NCBI GenBank assembly: GCA_009914755.4
Contig: CP068257.2
Span: 24,416,001-24,480,000, forward strand
Length of the DNA: 64,000 nucleotides
Source: the human T2T-CHM13v2.0 reference genome, Homo sapiens
Direction of reading: 5' to 3'
Within the stretch, counting starts at the first letter, position 1, and every line of letters starts with the position of its first letter. The notes beneath the pieces were generated by a model that was given only the letters and a program-made list of their open reading frames with translations, had not been told where the DNA came from and did not search any database. The translations under genes and the position numbers were made by a program. Of this stretch, positions 30,254-46,405 are shown piece after piece.

Positions 30254-31987
30254 TGGAAGGAGAGCTTTTCAGAGATGAGGAGGCTTGAAGAGCAGGGGCA
30301 AAGGAAGTGATCAACAGATAGGATAAAATAGACCTGGGGTTCAAAGGATATTTGCTACAACAACTGGCACTAGGTAGTAAATAACAATCTTAATGTGGAT
30401 TTCATCTTTCCATCAACTTTAATACAAATCATTCTGAATAGAATATGAAGCAGAAAAATCTATGTAAAATGATAAGTTCACTTCTGAAACATGACTGCAG
30501 TTTTGAGTGTCATACCAGGAGCAATAATGCCCATCCAAAGCCCTACCTGTTCTCAGTGAGCTTACATTCTAATGAAAATATATTTGGAATACTTCATAGA
30601 ACAGGTAAGTAAGAACCAAAAGAAACAAATCATTAACAAAGCCTGGCCCATCAAATTAACAGACTCATGATCTACTTCCTAACTTGTACTGAATTGTTCA
30701 ATCTCTGTGTGTTATTTCTTGGTGTAATAACTAAGTGAGTATAAAATACACAGTTCCTGGGGACAGATGACTTCTATATTTTTTTGAGTAGGAGTTCTGT
30801 ATCTAGAATTTAAGTGCTGCTTATTTTCATCTAATTAAACTGCACTTTTTGATGAACCAGAAAAGAGTTGAGGCCTTATAAAGCATATAGGAACAAGGAA
30901 TAAGGAGGAAAAAGGAAACTCTTGAATTATCAGATGTTTAAGAAATCTAGTTTTCTACACTCTCTTCATCAATTACATTGTAAGTAAATTCACCAGGTGA
31001 AATCTTCTTTCTAATGCCCAGTGTTTTCATTTTATGTCTCAAATTATGCACATGAATGAACAGCAATCAGTATGCTCTTAGGACATTCATTTTTGACCAT
31101 ATATTACATAGATCTCCGGAATCTTCAGTAAATATCCTTACTTTGTAAGTTTGCTGTTGGATTTTCTTTGAAATATTCCTTTTAACCTTTATAAGAAGTC
31201 ATCAGAATATACATCAATATTTGTCCACAATCTCCACAGACAATCTCTATATCCTTATTTACAACCTGCCTACTGATGAATACACTTGTGGAAAACATCT
31301 AGATGTAAGATACCAGAGCAAAGAACTTGACTTCTGCAATGACTGGTCACATAAAAACAACAACTAGGAACAGACTAATAACCAAGTTAGATTAAATATG
31401 GAGTATGACAGTTTCCAGAGGAAAAGAGCACGATACCACATAAAACTACTCAATTTTTTTAAATAAAATGTTGAGGTAAATTTGAGGTTTGTGACAAAAC
31501 AAACATTAAACATTAGTAATCAGACTGTTTCCTCCAGTTTGATGTAAGCAGAAAAAAAGCCTTCCCAATTCCAATTCCTCTACTATCACCAAATAAGAGG
31601 AGTAGTTATTGTAGAACAGCCTTTTTTTTTTTTTTTTTTTTTTTTTTAGAAATTAACAAAATGCTGCAGCTTCACATTAGATTCTTTCTTCTAGAAAGTC
31701 TATGTGAAGAAACACACAAGGCCCCTGTTCATGAGAATCATCTATGCGATACGGTAAAATAAGAATTCCCGGATCCGCTACTATAGGCATTTTTCATTCA
31801 GGAGTCCTGGAACTGGCCCAGGAATTTGTAATTTCAATATACACCCTGGGTAAATTCATTCTGAGGCAGGGAACTCAAAAATACTGCTCCTATAGGGTCA
31901 GTGCACAGAATGTAACTGCAAGAGTCCAAAACACAGTACAACACAGAGTGGCAATGTGCTGAAGAACAAGTCTGTGTATGTGACCTA

Positions 31988-32323
<336 letters not shown>

Positions 32324-35300
32324 TCAAGGTCTCTGACTTTTTCCGATTTTAGAACATCTGCATTATATACTTACTGGTTGAGCATCTGGAATCCGGAAAG
32401 TCCAAAATCCAAAATACTCCAATGAGCATTTCCTTTGAGCATCATGTTGACATGCAAATAGTTTTGGGTTTTTGAGCATTTCGGACTCTGGATTTTTAAA
32501 TTTGGGATACTCAACCTATACCACTATCCACTAAGAGTCAAGCCTGCTCTACCTCTGACCAAGCTAAAGAAATTCAGTACAAAGAAAAAGATGCAAATGA
32601 CAAGCATCTAGCTATTCCATTCAAAATATTAAGCAATGCAACTTTTAATTTATTGTACTCATTTAGACTTAAAATATTATTTTTCCAGGGGAGCTAAAAT
32701 AGAAACAAGAGGGGGAAAGGAGGATTCTTACAAGCATGGGGTGATTTTTGATGTGAAATAAATTGGTGTAGGATAATAGTCTGTAATGTCCTAAACAAAC
32801 GTTACAGTAGATATGGCTGGGGATATTATGTTTAGTAAAATTCAACCTCCCCCTATCTCTCACTAATCGGACAAACATTTTACAGGATATGACACATAGA
32901 AAGCTTTCTATATAAAAATCCTGCTCTTATTCCAAGTAATTTACATGAAAATAACTTATCGAAAAGTTATCAAGGGTGTCATTTAGATAAAAATAAACTC
33001 ATGAATTCTCTTTGCTCCTATAACTAACTACAGCCCCTTGCTTTGATTACTGTTGTGAATACATCATGGTGTTTAACTGAGCACTTAGAATGAAATGTGA
33101 AACTTGATCAATTAAATCACATTTGTGAAATATCAAACCACTTCTATTTATTAATGAGTAGAGATTTGAAAGAAAAACATAAACATAAAAATCTATTTCG
33201 AAAATGTGCATTCCCTTGCATAAACCTTGCATTGCAACAGGGTGGTTGTTTTGCCAGATAAATAACAACGAATAGAGAAGTGACGGTATAAGCAAGGGAA
33301 TGATTAGAATGCTGGGCCATGCAATCTCAAGTGGCAAAAGTGAGAACATGAGGGGAATTAGACACAGGTAAAAGGTGGTAGGGACCAGTGGAATCTGAGT
33401 CCACTGATCACACTCCAGGGGCTAAAGAATGTATGGCGCACAGGACTGGAGAAAGTGAGGTGGTAATAAGTAGTACTTGGAGAGTCAAATAATTGAAATT
33501 AAAATTTTGGAGGAGTTGCAGTGATTGGTCATTGCAAGGAGTATAATATGACCATTGTAAGCAATGGGTGATGGAGAATGATGAAAACAAGGTCACTGGA
33601 GGGATGAGAATCATGAACTGACAAATTGGAATACTGGAAGGATCATTGAGATCAATATTAGGATCACTTAAGAATCAGCAAATGAGCAGCTACACCTGAT
33701 GACAGCAAGGCAGGAGCTAAAATCTTCAAAGTCTGAATGGTGAACATCGATGAGGTAGAAAGAGGTCTGGAGATGACCAACAGGTGGAGGAGCAAAGTGA
33801 TTTGTCTGAAAGCATGCACTTCAAGCTGAGGTAGGGGGGCTTTTAGGGAAGAGAAAGGAAGAGTGGTTTGGAAACAAAAATGAAGAGGAAAAGAGGAAAT
33901 GAAGAGGAAAAGAGGACATTCCCACCTCTAGGGGCAACGCTGTGAGGATTTTGAGAAAAGAACTTCGACCTGAGAAGGCTACAGGAGAAGTAGTGCCTTC
34001 CTTGGAGGGAGAACAAGGTTTCTGAGCAAGATAACATCCATGGGGAGTTAGACGATACACGGAATTTCACTCACAATTGTCCATGACATTCAGAGGGCTT
34101 GACAAATCTAAATTAATAATCCCTTATCTTTGAATAAAAGTAACTGAATCAGGCTGAATTTACTGCTTCCATTTTAATAAGGCAGTAGGAGAACTATGCA
34201 TGGCTTGATGTCAATTGAGCGTGACTCAATCTCTGTCTAAAAAGTTGATATTTTGTTCATCATGGAGTTTTTTTGCAGTAATTTTGATTTTTAAAAATAT
34301 TACATTAAAAATTCTTAATCTCAATTCCTGACTGCCTTGTTTACCTCACCTTAGTCCCAGACCCCAAAAAAATCAGTTAAAAAATAAGGTACTGTGAATG
34401 AATAAATAACACTGTGGGGTACACACCTAGAAAATGGAATGTCATTCAACACTAAAAGGAAATGGGCTATGAACCCATGAAAAGACATGGAGGAACTTAA
34501 CTAATATTGCTAAGTGAAAGAAGCCCATCTGAATAGGCTCCATACTATATGACATTCTTCCCACTATATGACATTCTGGAAAAGGCAGAACTATGGAGAC
34601 TAAAAAGATCAGTGGTTGCCACGGGTTTGGGTGGTTGGGGGCAGGGGGAGGATGAACAGATAGAGCACAGAAGATTTTTAGGGCAGTGAAACTACTCTGT
34701 ATGGTACTACAATGATGGACATATGTCATTATACATTTGTCCAAACCCAAAAAATGTATACCGCCAAGAGTGAACCCTCAGGGAAACTATGGACTTTGGG
34801 TGCTAATGATGTATCAATGTTGGTTCATCGATTGTAACAAATGTACCATTCTGTGGGGGATGTTTATAATAGGAGAGGCTAAGCATGTGTGCAGGTAGCA
34901 AGTATATGGGAAACCTCTGTACCTTCCTCTCAACTTTTCTGTGAATCTAAAACTGCTCTAAAAAACCGTCTATTTTAAAAACAAAAATTTAAAAATAAGG
35001 TATCAATCAGTGTAGCAGCAGGGGATAAACTCAGTGGTAGAGGTATATGCTAAGAGAACACACAAAGAAATCTCTAAATCAGAATCCTGGGGTGGGTGCT
35101 GAGAGAGTTATTCTTGAAACCACTGCCACAGTAACCTAGCTCCAAAGGGATCCTGCTATTAATACTTCTCTTTATTTTACTTTGTTCTTAAGTATCTTAA
35201 TATCTCAATGCAGGCACTTTAGATCACAGAAAATGCTCTAAAAATGCCACTAAAAATTTAATATTCCCATGGCTTTTTTCCTATATAATGAAAGGTGAAG

Positions 35301-35949
35301 TGGCTTTTTGTACAGGAATATAATTCTCCCACCGTCTTTACTTGTTTATTAGATCACAAAGCTGCAGCACTCATGAGTCATAAACTGTATGACACCTGAG
35401 AGTCCACCCTGAGGGACATGACTTTATGTGCAGTAAAGTGTGAGTTACTGCATCTTTCTAAAGGGTTCTTTTCACTGAAAGACAACCCTGCTGAGAATTT
35501 CCTCAGGAGTCATCGGTTTTCTATAAACCCAGTGGCAGGCATATTCACATCATGGTTCCCTCTATACAACTTAAAACCAACGAATTGTTTGTAGGGTACA
35601 AACTGATTACCAGGAGAAAAGGATCTCTTTTTCATGTTGGTTGCATACCATCTTCAGATTCCTATGGTAATAGTTGGTGCAACAGGGCAGTAACTGATTA
35701 GGTTGACTATTTCCAAGTAGGTAGAATTGCAAATTGACAAATTAAAATCCATGAAGACGGGGCTTTTCCCTAAAGACTAGTACTAGAACTTTATACAGTG
35801 ATCAGCCAAACACAGAATTTACTTCCAGTTCCCACCAGGAAATCTAGAACATGCGTGTTATTTTCTGTGCTTCAGCTTCTCTCTCTATAACACCAACAAT
35901 GACAATTGTTAATATGCAGATGGATGTGGAGATTACAAAATTTGAACCA

Positions 35950-36314
<365 letters not shown>

Positions 36315-36965
36315 TCAACCTGATTCAGTTACTTTTATTCAGAGATAAGGGATTATTAATTTAGATTTTCCAAACATAATGCAATTTTGCTGTTCCAACA
36401 TCAGGAGGTTTATTTAAGGGGGAGAACATTAGCAATCAAGGTAACAAAACTTCTTCTGAAGCAGAGCAAGACCCTTTTGATAAAGCAACTGCCACATGCA
36501 CAGCCAACTCCCAGCTCAGAAAGCAAACAACGAAACAAAACAAAAAAAGAAACAAACACGTTAAAATTTAAAATTCCAACAAAAATTCCCAATATCATCC
36601 CTAGGTTTTTATTAAATAACCCCAGTAAACATCCAGAGAGGAAAAAAAGCCTTTTTATGTTTACATAGATATAAAAATATTTATATTTATATAAAATATA
36701 AATATATAGCTCATTTATAAAGATATAAATATAGTTCATTTATATTTAAAGATATAAATATAAATATAGTTCAACATTTTAGACAAGAATAAAAATTTCA
36801 TCAGAAATACAAATGTTCTCGTGGCTAGATTAAGTTCCTGATTTTTATCATAACTATAGTAGTCCTCCCTTATCTGTGGTTTTGCTTTCCATAGTTTCAG
36901 TCCAAAAATATTAAATAGAAAGCTCTATAAATAAATGAGTTTTATTTTTCTATTTATTTAATTAA

Positions 36966-37515
<550 letters not shown>

Positions 37516-38745
37516 TGATCACTTCATCACAGCGCTTGTGTTCAAGTAACTCTTATTTGACTTAATAACGGCCCCAAAGTGCAAGAGTAGTGATGGTGGC
37601 GTAGTGTCATAATTGCTCTATTCTATTATTAGTTGTTGTGAATTACTTACTGTGCCTAATTTGTAAATTCAACTTTATCACAGGTATGTACCTATAGGAA
37701 AAAAACATAGTATATATTGGGTTTGGTACTATCTAAGGTTTCGGGCATTCACTGGGGGTCTTGGAAGTTATCCTCTGCAGATATAGGAGGACTACTGTAA
37801 GTATCGGTTCAATGTTTTAATATTTTCTTTGCAGCATCTCAAATCTTACATAGGAAATAAAGATAAAAGTTCCTTAAGCTGCTTAATTTGCATGTGTTTT
37901 CCAAAACATACATGTATTGCTAATATGACAAGCATTGCAAATAATTTGCTAATACAGCAAACATTAGCAAATCCTAACTCTCATACTCCCCTTCTTTTCT
38001 AAAATGTTTTTTATGTGAAACCCAATTCCAACTATTTCCTTGATTTTCCTTTTTAAAAAAGGACTCGAGATACTTATACTTAAAGCAGAAGCAAACCCAA
38101 GCCTCTGTCAGCTAGTAGAAAAATAAGCTGTCCTCAAGTCCTACAAATTTTCCTAAATTATAGCCACACAGAGCATTTGCTGTATAAATACGTACACTGT
38201 GTTCCAAACACACTCTTACCTAAGATCCCTTAGACTACACTTCAAATGCCTACGCCCATTAGGGTCCCCCCACATGGACAAACCTCCTCTGCACACAGTG
38301 AAATAATGCTAACCCCTCTTACAGAATGTTTTCTGGTATTTATCAGTGTGCCTCACATCGCTATTAAGTTTGTATCTGTACTGCCTGCCTGGTGAAAAGA
38401 AGCTTTCCTCAAGGGCAGAAAACATAACGTGGCATGTTATAGCCTCCCCGTGGAGCCCCACATCCATCATCTTTGGCTTTCAGACTATCAGGAGGCTGCT
38501 GACCCCCAACTCCTTTTATGTGGTGCTCCCACCCTCAGCTCTCTGAAGGAGGACTCATTAGTGACTGTATTTCAACTCTGCAGCACCATCCCTATAGCTT
38601 ATTAGAGCCCAAGAAAACCAAACTGTACGTAGCATTCTTTCCCTCAAGGGCTTTCACGAACACACAAAGGCTGTCGTTAGATAAGGAAGAAACTTGACTG
38701 GAGGTGAGCATAAGTCTGAGCCACAGGTGGCATGTCAACACCCAT

Positions 38746-38912
38746 GGGTGCATGGTGGCTTGCGCCTATAGTCCCAGCTACTCGGGAGGCTGAGGTGGGA
38801 GGACAGCTTAAGCGAGGAGGTCGAGGCTGCAGTGAACTGGGATCACGTCACTGCACTCCAGTCTGGGCAACAGAGTGAGACCCCGCCTCAAAAAAACAAA
38901 AAACAAAAACAG
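38746..38912 (+). mobile_element. Alu right-monomer fragment (FRAM-like).
   Basis: gggtgcatggtggcttgcgcctatagtcccagctactcgggaggctgaggtgggaggacagcttaagcgaggaggtcgaggctgcagtgaactgggatcacgtcactgcactccagtctgggcaacagagtgagaccccgcctcaaaaaaacaaaaaacaaaaac. Confidence 0.75.
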
Positions 38913-39910
38913 AACGTAACAAAAAAACAAAGAAAAGCCCCCAAAAAACCATGGGTGGACTCAAACTAGGCATCTGGAAGAAGCAGTTAGTCCAGGAAAG
39001 GAAAACAGGGAATACTCAGAGAGACAAGGGAAGATGAGAAACAGACAAGACTGGATCTGGCAGAGACCGGATCTGACAGGGCCTGCCTGTGCCCTCTAAC
39101 TCTTTTAAGTCTTGGGATGTGCATTTGGATTCTAGGAGATGCCTTGTCCCCTTCAATAAGCCCTATTTCTAAACATAAGCTCCTTTAGTAGCTTTATGCT
39201 CCTTCCAATTGAACAAAAGCCAAGAAAAAGGCCCGGCTTGCATGCTAGTTCACTAATTCCCACCACATGATGCCCTCAATCTCTGTGCGCAGACCATTCT
39301 GTCCTACCACTGCATCCTCCACTTGCCTTGATCACTTTATCTGATCCCTGACCACTTGCTACCTCCTATTCTGCTGATGGGCTGTCTGTCCTATTAGAAT
39401 ATATAATCCTTGAAGGCAGGGACAATATGATTCATCTGGTGTTCCCTCAACAGTGGCAAACCCTGGGATAGCACAGTAAGTGTCTGATAAGCATGTAATT
39501 AATATTTCTGGTTAAGGTCAGAATCCATTCAATCAGGGACTTTCAGTATACATTAAGTTCCCTTTGGGTATTATAAACCTATCTCTTAAATAAGATATTC
39601 TAAATAGTTGTTGGATTATGGGCTTTTGAGGAAAGTAAGTATCTCAATGCCTTTCAATATTGTTCTTCCAAGTAGATATGACAGCTTATACAAATCATAG
39701 CATCTGCTATAAGCAGTAGATTACTGTAAATAAGCACTCAGCTGAGGAAGGCATTTAGGAAGAGTGACAAGTTAAGCTCTCACTTGGGCTAATGGGGCCC
39801 ATTCAGTTAGTACAGGAGTCTGAAAAGCAGCCTACCTACCTGGTCATACAGCCATGTTTTATCATTGAAAGTGAATGTATCAGTACATGAAATAATTTTA
39901 AGAGTGCATA

Positions 39911-40274
<364 letters not shown>

Positions 40275-43196
40275 TTAGATCATATTATATTAATATTTTT
40301 ATATATAATAATTATTATTAATATTAAAAGCTTATCATCGGTAGCCTAAGTAGTTTTGTCTACTGAAGAAATACCTTAAAACCTGGTCACCATCAGAATG
40401 TTTTGTTCCACATTTTAAAAATCTGAAGTCTCTCTTCTCACTATCTCTCCAAGTTGGAAATATATTGATCTCAGACAAGATGACATTTAAGTTGCTAAAT
40501 ACGTAAAGCAAGAAAAGACATTGATGATATTTAAGAAAGCCAAGAAGAGAAATGTATATATTAAAAAAAAACTTTGTAAAGCCATATGTTGTCAGAGTCC
40601 TACAGAAACTTTGTCTCTATTCCCAACATTAAGGGCAAATGGAGAACCGAAAAGTCCCTTTTGTAAACAGGCCACCTAAGACAGGTGATTAATGCCAAAA
40701 GTCCTAAAATGACCAAAGGTATTTCAAAAACACAAAATCAAACATGGCTAACAAAAGGCTGAAAACAAAGTTAATGAACAGAGTAAATGGAATTGGAAAT
40801 TGCTACTAATTCTGAAAACAGTTTGCCTACTTTTCTACTTAGTCATTCAATTTTTAAAATTCACCTTTAGCCAAATTCTTATTTCTTTTTGAAAACGCTA
40901 AAAATTATGTGGTACTAATAAAATGTTTTAAATATATTAACAAAACGTCAATGAGTAACATGTGATGCTTTAGCACATCTTAATTTACAGGTCACTGAAA
41001 GAGATGAGCTGAAACCCGCATGTGTTTTGCCAGGATTGCTGGAGAACCTGAATAGTTAAGGGAAAAAACCTGCATTCCAGACTGACTCAGGAACAAGACT
41101 GACTAGATTTGATCATTACTGCAATTCAGTGACAGATAGATGGGAGGGTTCATTTTACTATTCTTTCTACTTGTACATATGCTTGTAATTTTGCATTTAA
41201 AGCACTGAAAATTTAAATAAATACATTTAGTCCAGAGGAAACAGCCAGGTTTCTAAATTTATAACTGCATGTGAAAAAGGAAAAAAAAAAAAACCCAGAT
41301 CCAAATTGTGTCTGCATGACTGCAGCTAGCATATATGAATATATACATGAAACAGAGAATCAAATGCTCTATACCAAATTGTTTCAGAGATAGCCTATCT
41401 TGTATATTTTCATCGTCTCAAAGCTTTTCCATACCAGTCCCTTTTTCAAAGAACATATCCAAGAAGAAAGTAAGAAAAATGTCATAACTGAGGGTTTCCT
41501 AAGTACCAGACATCACTGCAAATGTTTTATGTGTAGCACATCATAATCCTGAGTTAGTAATTACTCCAATTTATTTAAGATGAAACTAGAACAACTAAAA
41601 TCGATGCCATTTCTAAGCATTCAAAGAGTATATTAATCATAAATTTTAAACTACTCGGACTTAGGCATATAAACCAAGACAAAGCATGTCCTAGACAATA
41701 TATACTTCTGTTTCTGGATTTCAATGACATTCTTTAAATTTTCCTGGAATACAAAGAAATATCACATCTTAAACTATTCTCAACAAAAATTCTTTTAATA
41801 ATGAGGAATACTGAAAATACAATCTCTAACTTAATTGAGAAAGAGAACTGGAAAACGAAAACGTTCTCTGCTTGCAACTTAATGAGGCGCTGAGAGGCAG
41901 CGTGCAGCTGATGAAACGCTACTGCAATAATGGGAGGTATCAGCATGCTATGTTTCCAAATGATGGCCTTATGTAAAAGCAAAGGCGGTAAAATGCTGCA
42001 GGGCGTTAGAATATTTCCCAATAATCTGGCCAAACTCTGCTTCTGACATTCTATATAAATATATTGTTATATCCACACTTTCATACTCAGAGTTGGAAAA
42101 TCCTGTCAAAGAACCTTGTTTGATAGATAAGCTATTCTAATTTCAAAGTGTTGAATGAAAAACAAATTGTGGGTGGGAGGGAAGAGATGGGAGAGAAATA
42201 AAAATAAATAGGACAGGACACAATTGTGAAAACACAAGCAGATGTGTACACATAGCCTAGATTTTCCTATTCTCTCTTTCAATGTAGGGCTAATTTTCTT
42301 ATTTTAAAATATCCAAACTGGCTTCAACTTTTTAACCCTAGAAGAAATCCTACGGTCAGTAAAGCAATCCTTACATTTATACAGACCAGAAATGCATAAA
42401 ATATATCCACATATAGACAGCCTGATCCCTCCATTCAAAAACTGTCTCACTCAATATGAATTTGAGATCTTTCAAATTCCAAAACCACAATGTATACGTG
42501 CCTATGATTTGCCAATTTTCAGCCTACAAGGGTGAAGGGTGCCCATAGCAAAGTAATAATGGTCAAGAATGTACCAGACCTTCTACCATAGGATAATGTA
42601 TATAGTATACCTTCCAACTCGGTAAGATTAAAAAGACTACCTCTGTTGTTTGCTTTTTATTTAATTTTAATTTCATACAACTGTAGAATGGAAAAAGAAA
42701 GGTTGAGAAACAATTCGTGTCTGGGAATCCCATGTTCAGTTATGTATTTTAGAGGAGAAAGTTGGGCAAAGGAAATGGTTTTGCTCAACTCATCTAACAG
42801 GCAGTTTCTGCTTTGTGCAGGCACTGCTGTGCTTTGTTTGCTGATCCTGTTAATCTATAGATTAAGCAACTGTTCATTTAAAGCCAGAAGGTTAAAAAGG
42901 CAGAGAACAGATAATGTTAAATGGTGGGAAAGAAAACAGGAAAAAGAGAAAATACCCATAAACCAATAAAAGAGATGATAAAGCCACGTTCACCTAACTT
43001 TCCCAATTGGAAATCTCTGCCTGCATTTGAGGCTTAACCTGTTCAAAGTTCCCTCCAGAGACCTGCCCTGCAGTGTAAGTTACCAGAGACATCAACACCT
43101 TCAAGAAGCCCCTAGACCCTAGCCCCTAGCTCCAAGAAGTGCACTGCATGTTATTAAAAGAATAGAGAGGCTGGAAGAGCCTGTTTCAAGTTATCT

Positions 43197-43509
43197 CTTT
43201 TTTTTTCCTTTTTTTTTTTTTTTTTTTTTTTGGGATGGAGTCTCACTCTGTCGCCAGGCTGGAGTGCAGTGGCGTGATCTCGGCCCACTGCAACCTCGGC
43301 CTCCGAGTTCAAGCAATTCTCCTGCCTCAGTCTCCCGAGTAGCTGGGACTACAGGCGTGCGCCACCATGCCCATCTAATTTTTGTATTTTTAGTAGAGAC
43401 GGGGTTTCACCATGTTGGCTAGGATGGTCTTGATCTCTTGATCTCGTCACCAGCCCGACTCGGCCTCCCAATGTGCTGGGATTACAGGTGTGAGCCATGG
43501 CACCCGGCC
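43197..43509 (-). mobile_element. Full-length Alu (AluS/Y-like), minus orientation, with the TSD aagtt(a/c)tctcttt.
   Basis: T-rich leader, then gggatggagtctcactctgtcgccaggctggagtgcagtggcgtgatctcggcccactgcaacctcggcc...gggattacaggtgtgagccatggcacccggcc. Confidence 0.93.
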
Positions 43510-44135
43510 CAAGTTCTCTCTTTAAAAGAGGAAGAATAGTATGGGGACTCATCCAATTTCTTGTTTAACTGACAATATGTAACTCTTACAACACTTGCCT
43601 GTGTGTTTCTATCATAAAGTGAGGATATGGTTTAAGACTGTGAGGATACAGTCTAAGACTGAACAGGCAGCCTTCCTGGACTGCTCGGGTGACAAAGAGC
43701 AATGATGCCCTTAATACAGCACCTCAGGATATCATGAATGAGGGGATGGACAGGATGATCTCCCACAATGCTTTTCACACTATTATTTTGTAATTTGAAT
43801 TCCTTCTCTCCCCAATCTAATCTACTCTTGGAAACAAGCTAATTTTTCTAAAAGTGTCTTGACCAGAAAGCATTCATGCTAAAAATCTGCCATAGCTTCC
43901 ACCTATCTCCAGAATAAGACCCTCCAATTTGCAACCTCATTCTACCTTTGCAATTTTCTAAATTTTCTTCACAATTTAATTGTATTAATAGATTTATAAG
44001 GTCCTTATGGGCCAAGAATGGTATCCCGCCACTCAGCAACACCTGACACAAAAACCTAACAGTGCCCAATAAATATAGACTAAATTTGCCTGTATTAAAT
44101 TTGGGAAGAAATAGATTCTTGAGATGTAGAATTGA

Positions 44136-44500
<365 letters not shown>

Positions 44501-44719
44501 AAAACTATGGTTTTTAAAAAATTTCATTTCATCCCAAAGAAACAGGACAATAAAATCTAACAATTCTAACTTTTAGCCCCTGGTTTTAGAATATGTTTCA
44601 AGGGGAATATTATTTTTGTTTTGTTCTATTTATATTTATAAATTCCTCAGGCCAAAATTTTGGTACTATAATAGTTTATTAAAGCAAGTGGCCACTTTAT
44701 GCTGTTAAATGATGAATAA

Positions 44720-45138
<419 letters not shown>

Positions 45139-45438
45139 TCAAAAGAAAATAACAACTCAACAGTCTACTGTGGTCATCTATGATTCACACAAACTACCCT
45201 AAACACTAAACAAAAAGAACAATATAAGGATTTTGCATGCTTAATGTGTTTGGAAGCATACTTTGTAATATTACAACCAAATATTTTAAGTCATACTATG
45301 GATTTATGACTTTACTATTGAATTATCATGGCCTTTGCATTTGAAGCGGATAAAAACAAACTGAAGGCAAATCTGGACTACACGCCAACATTCCACCAAC
45401 TCTTGCCTAAACATGTCTTTAGAATTCTGTCGATGGAA

Positions 45439-45733
45439 GGCTGGGTGCAGTGGCTCATGCCTGTAATCCCAGCACTTTGGGAGGCCGAGGCAGGTAAATC
45501 ACTAGAGTTCAAGACCAGCCTAGCCAACATGGTGAAACCCCATCTCTACCAAAATACAAAAATTAGCCACATGTGGTGGCGTGCACCTGTAATCCCAGCT
45601 ACTCAGGAGGCTGAGGCATGAGAATCACTTGAACCCAGGAGGCAGAGGTTGCAGTGGGTTGACATCATGCCACTGCACTCCAGCCTGGGCGATGGAGTGA
45701 GATCCCGTCAAAAAAAAGAAAAAGAAAAAAAAG
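45439..45733 (+). mobile_element. Full-length Alu with the TSD agaattct(g/a)tc(g/a)atgga.
   Basis: ggctgggtgcagtggctcatgcctgtaatcccagcactttgggaggccgaggcaggtaaatcactagagttcaagacc...gatcccgtcaaaaaaaagaaaaagaaaaaaa. Confidence 0.92.
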
Positions 45734-46034
45734 AATTCTATCAATGGATAGAAATGGTCTCTGCAAAAGGAAAGTATAGGCTCCATTTTATGGGAAGCTC
45801 TCTCAGCATAAGCTGGATACAGAACTCCTGCCCATTACCGCTCCAATCTCTGTGCCAGAAACTACCATCCACAAGCATTTACCTAACGACGACTAGCGTG
45901 CTCTAGGTCAGAGCTAAGTGTTGGATAAAATCCACTGTAAGGCATGATCCCTAGAAATGTTAATTCTCACAACACTTTGGGTCTGTAGGGCTTTTGCCTA
46001 CAGAAGCCACAGTAGGTCTTTGTCTTAGCTCAAA

Positions 46035-46405
46035 ATGCTGCCTTACTGTGAATGGCTTAAACAACAAAAATGTCTTTTGTCACAGCTCTGGAAGCTGGAA
46101 GTCCAAAACCAAGGTGCCAGCATGACCGAGTTCTGGTGAGGCCGCTCTTCCTTGCTTGCAGACAGCCACCTCCTTGCTGTGTCCTTATGTGACTTCTTCG
46201 TTTGAGCAGGGAGAAAAAGGCAAGCTCTTTGGTATCTTTTCTTATAAGGGCACTAGTTCCATCACGGGGGCACATACTCATGACCTCATCTAACAGTTAT
46301 CACCTCCCAAAGGTATCATCTCCGAATACCATCTCCGAATAGCCTGGGGTTAGGGTTTCAATATCTAAATTTTGGGGGAACACAAACATTCATCCCATAA
46401 CAGTC
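46035..46405 (+). mobile_element. Ancient LTR-like interspersed repeat, tentatively an MLT1-type MaLR LTR.
   Basis: ...cacagctctggaagctggaagtccaaaaccaaggtgccagcatgaccgagttctggtgaggc...cttataagggcactagttccatcacgggggcacatactcatgacctcatctaac...cctcccaaaggt...ggggttagggtttcaatatctaaattttgggggaacacaaacattcatcccataaca matches a very abundant mammalian repeat consensus that I recognise (…ttataagggcactaatcccattcatgagggctccaccctcatgacc…ttgggggttaggatttcaacatatgaattttggggggacacaaacattcagtccata…). The family name is uncertain. Confidence 0.5.

Noticed and set aside
36660-36790. AT-rich block with repeated 'atataaat' and 'tagttcatttata' motifs that might be a regulatory AT-hook/SAR element.
   Set aside because: It looks like ordinary low-complexity AT-rich simple repeat between two Alus. 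Nothing in the sequence itself supports a function.
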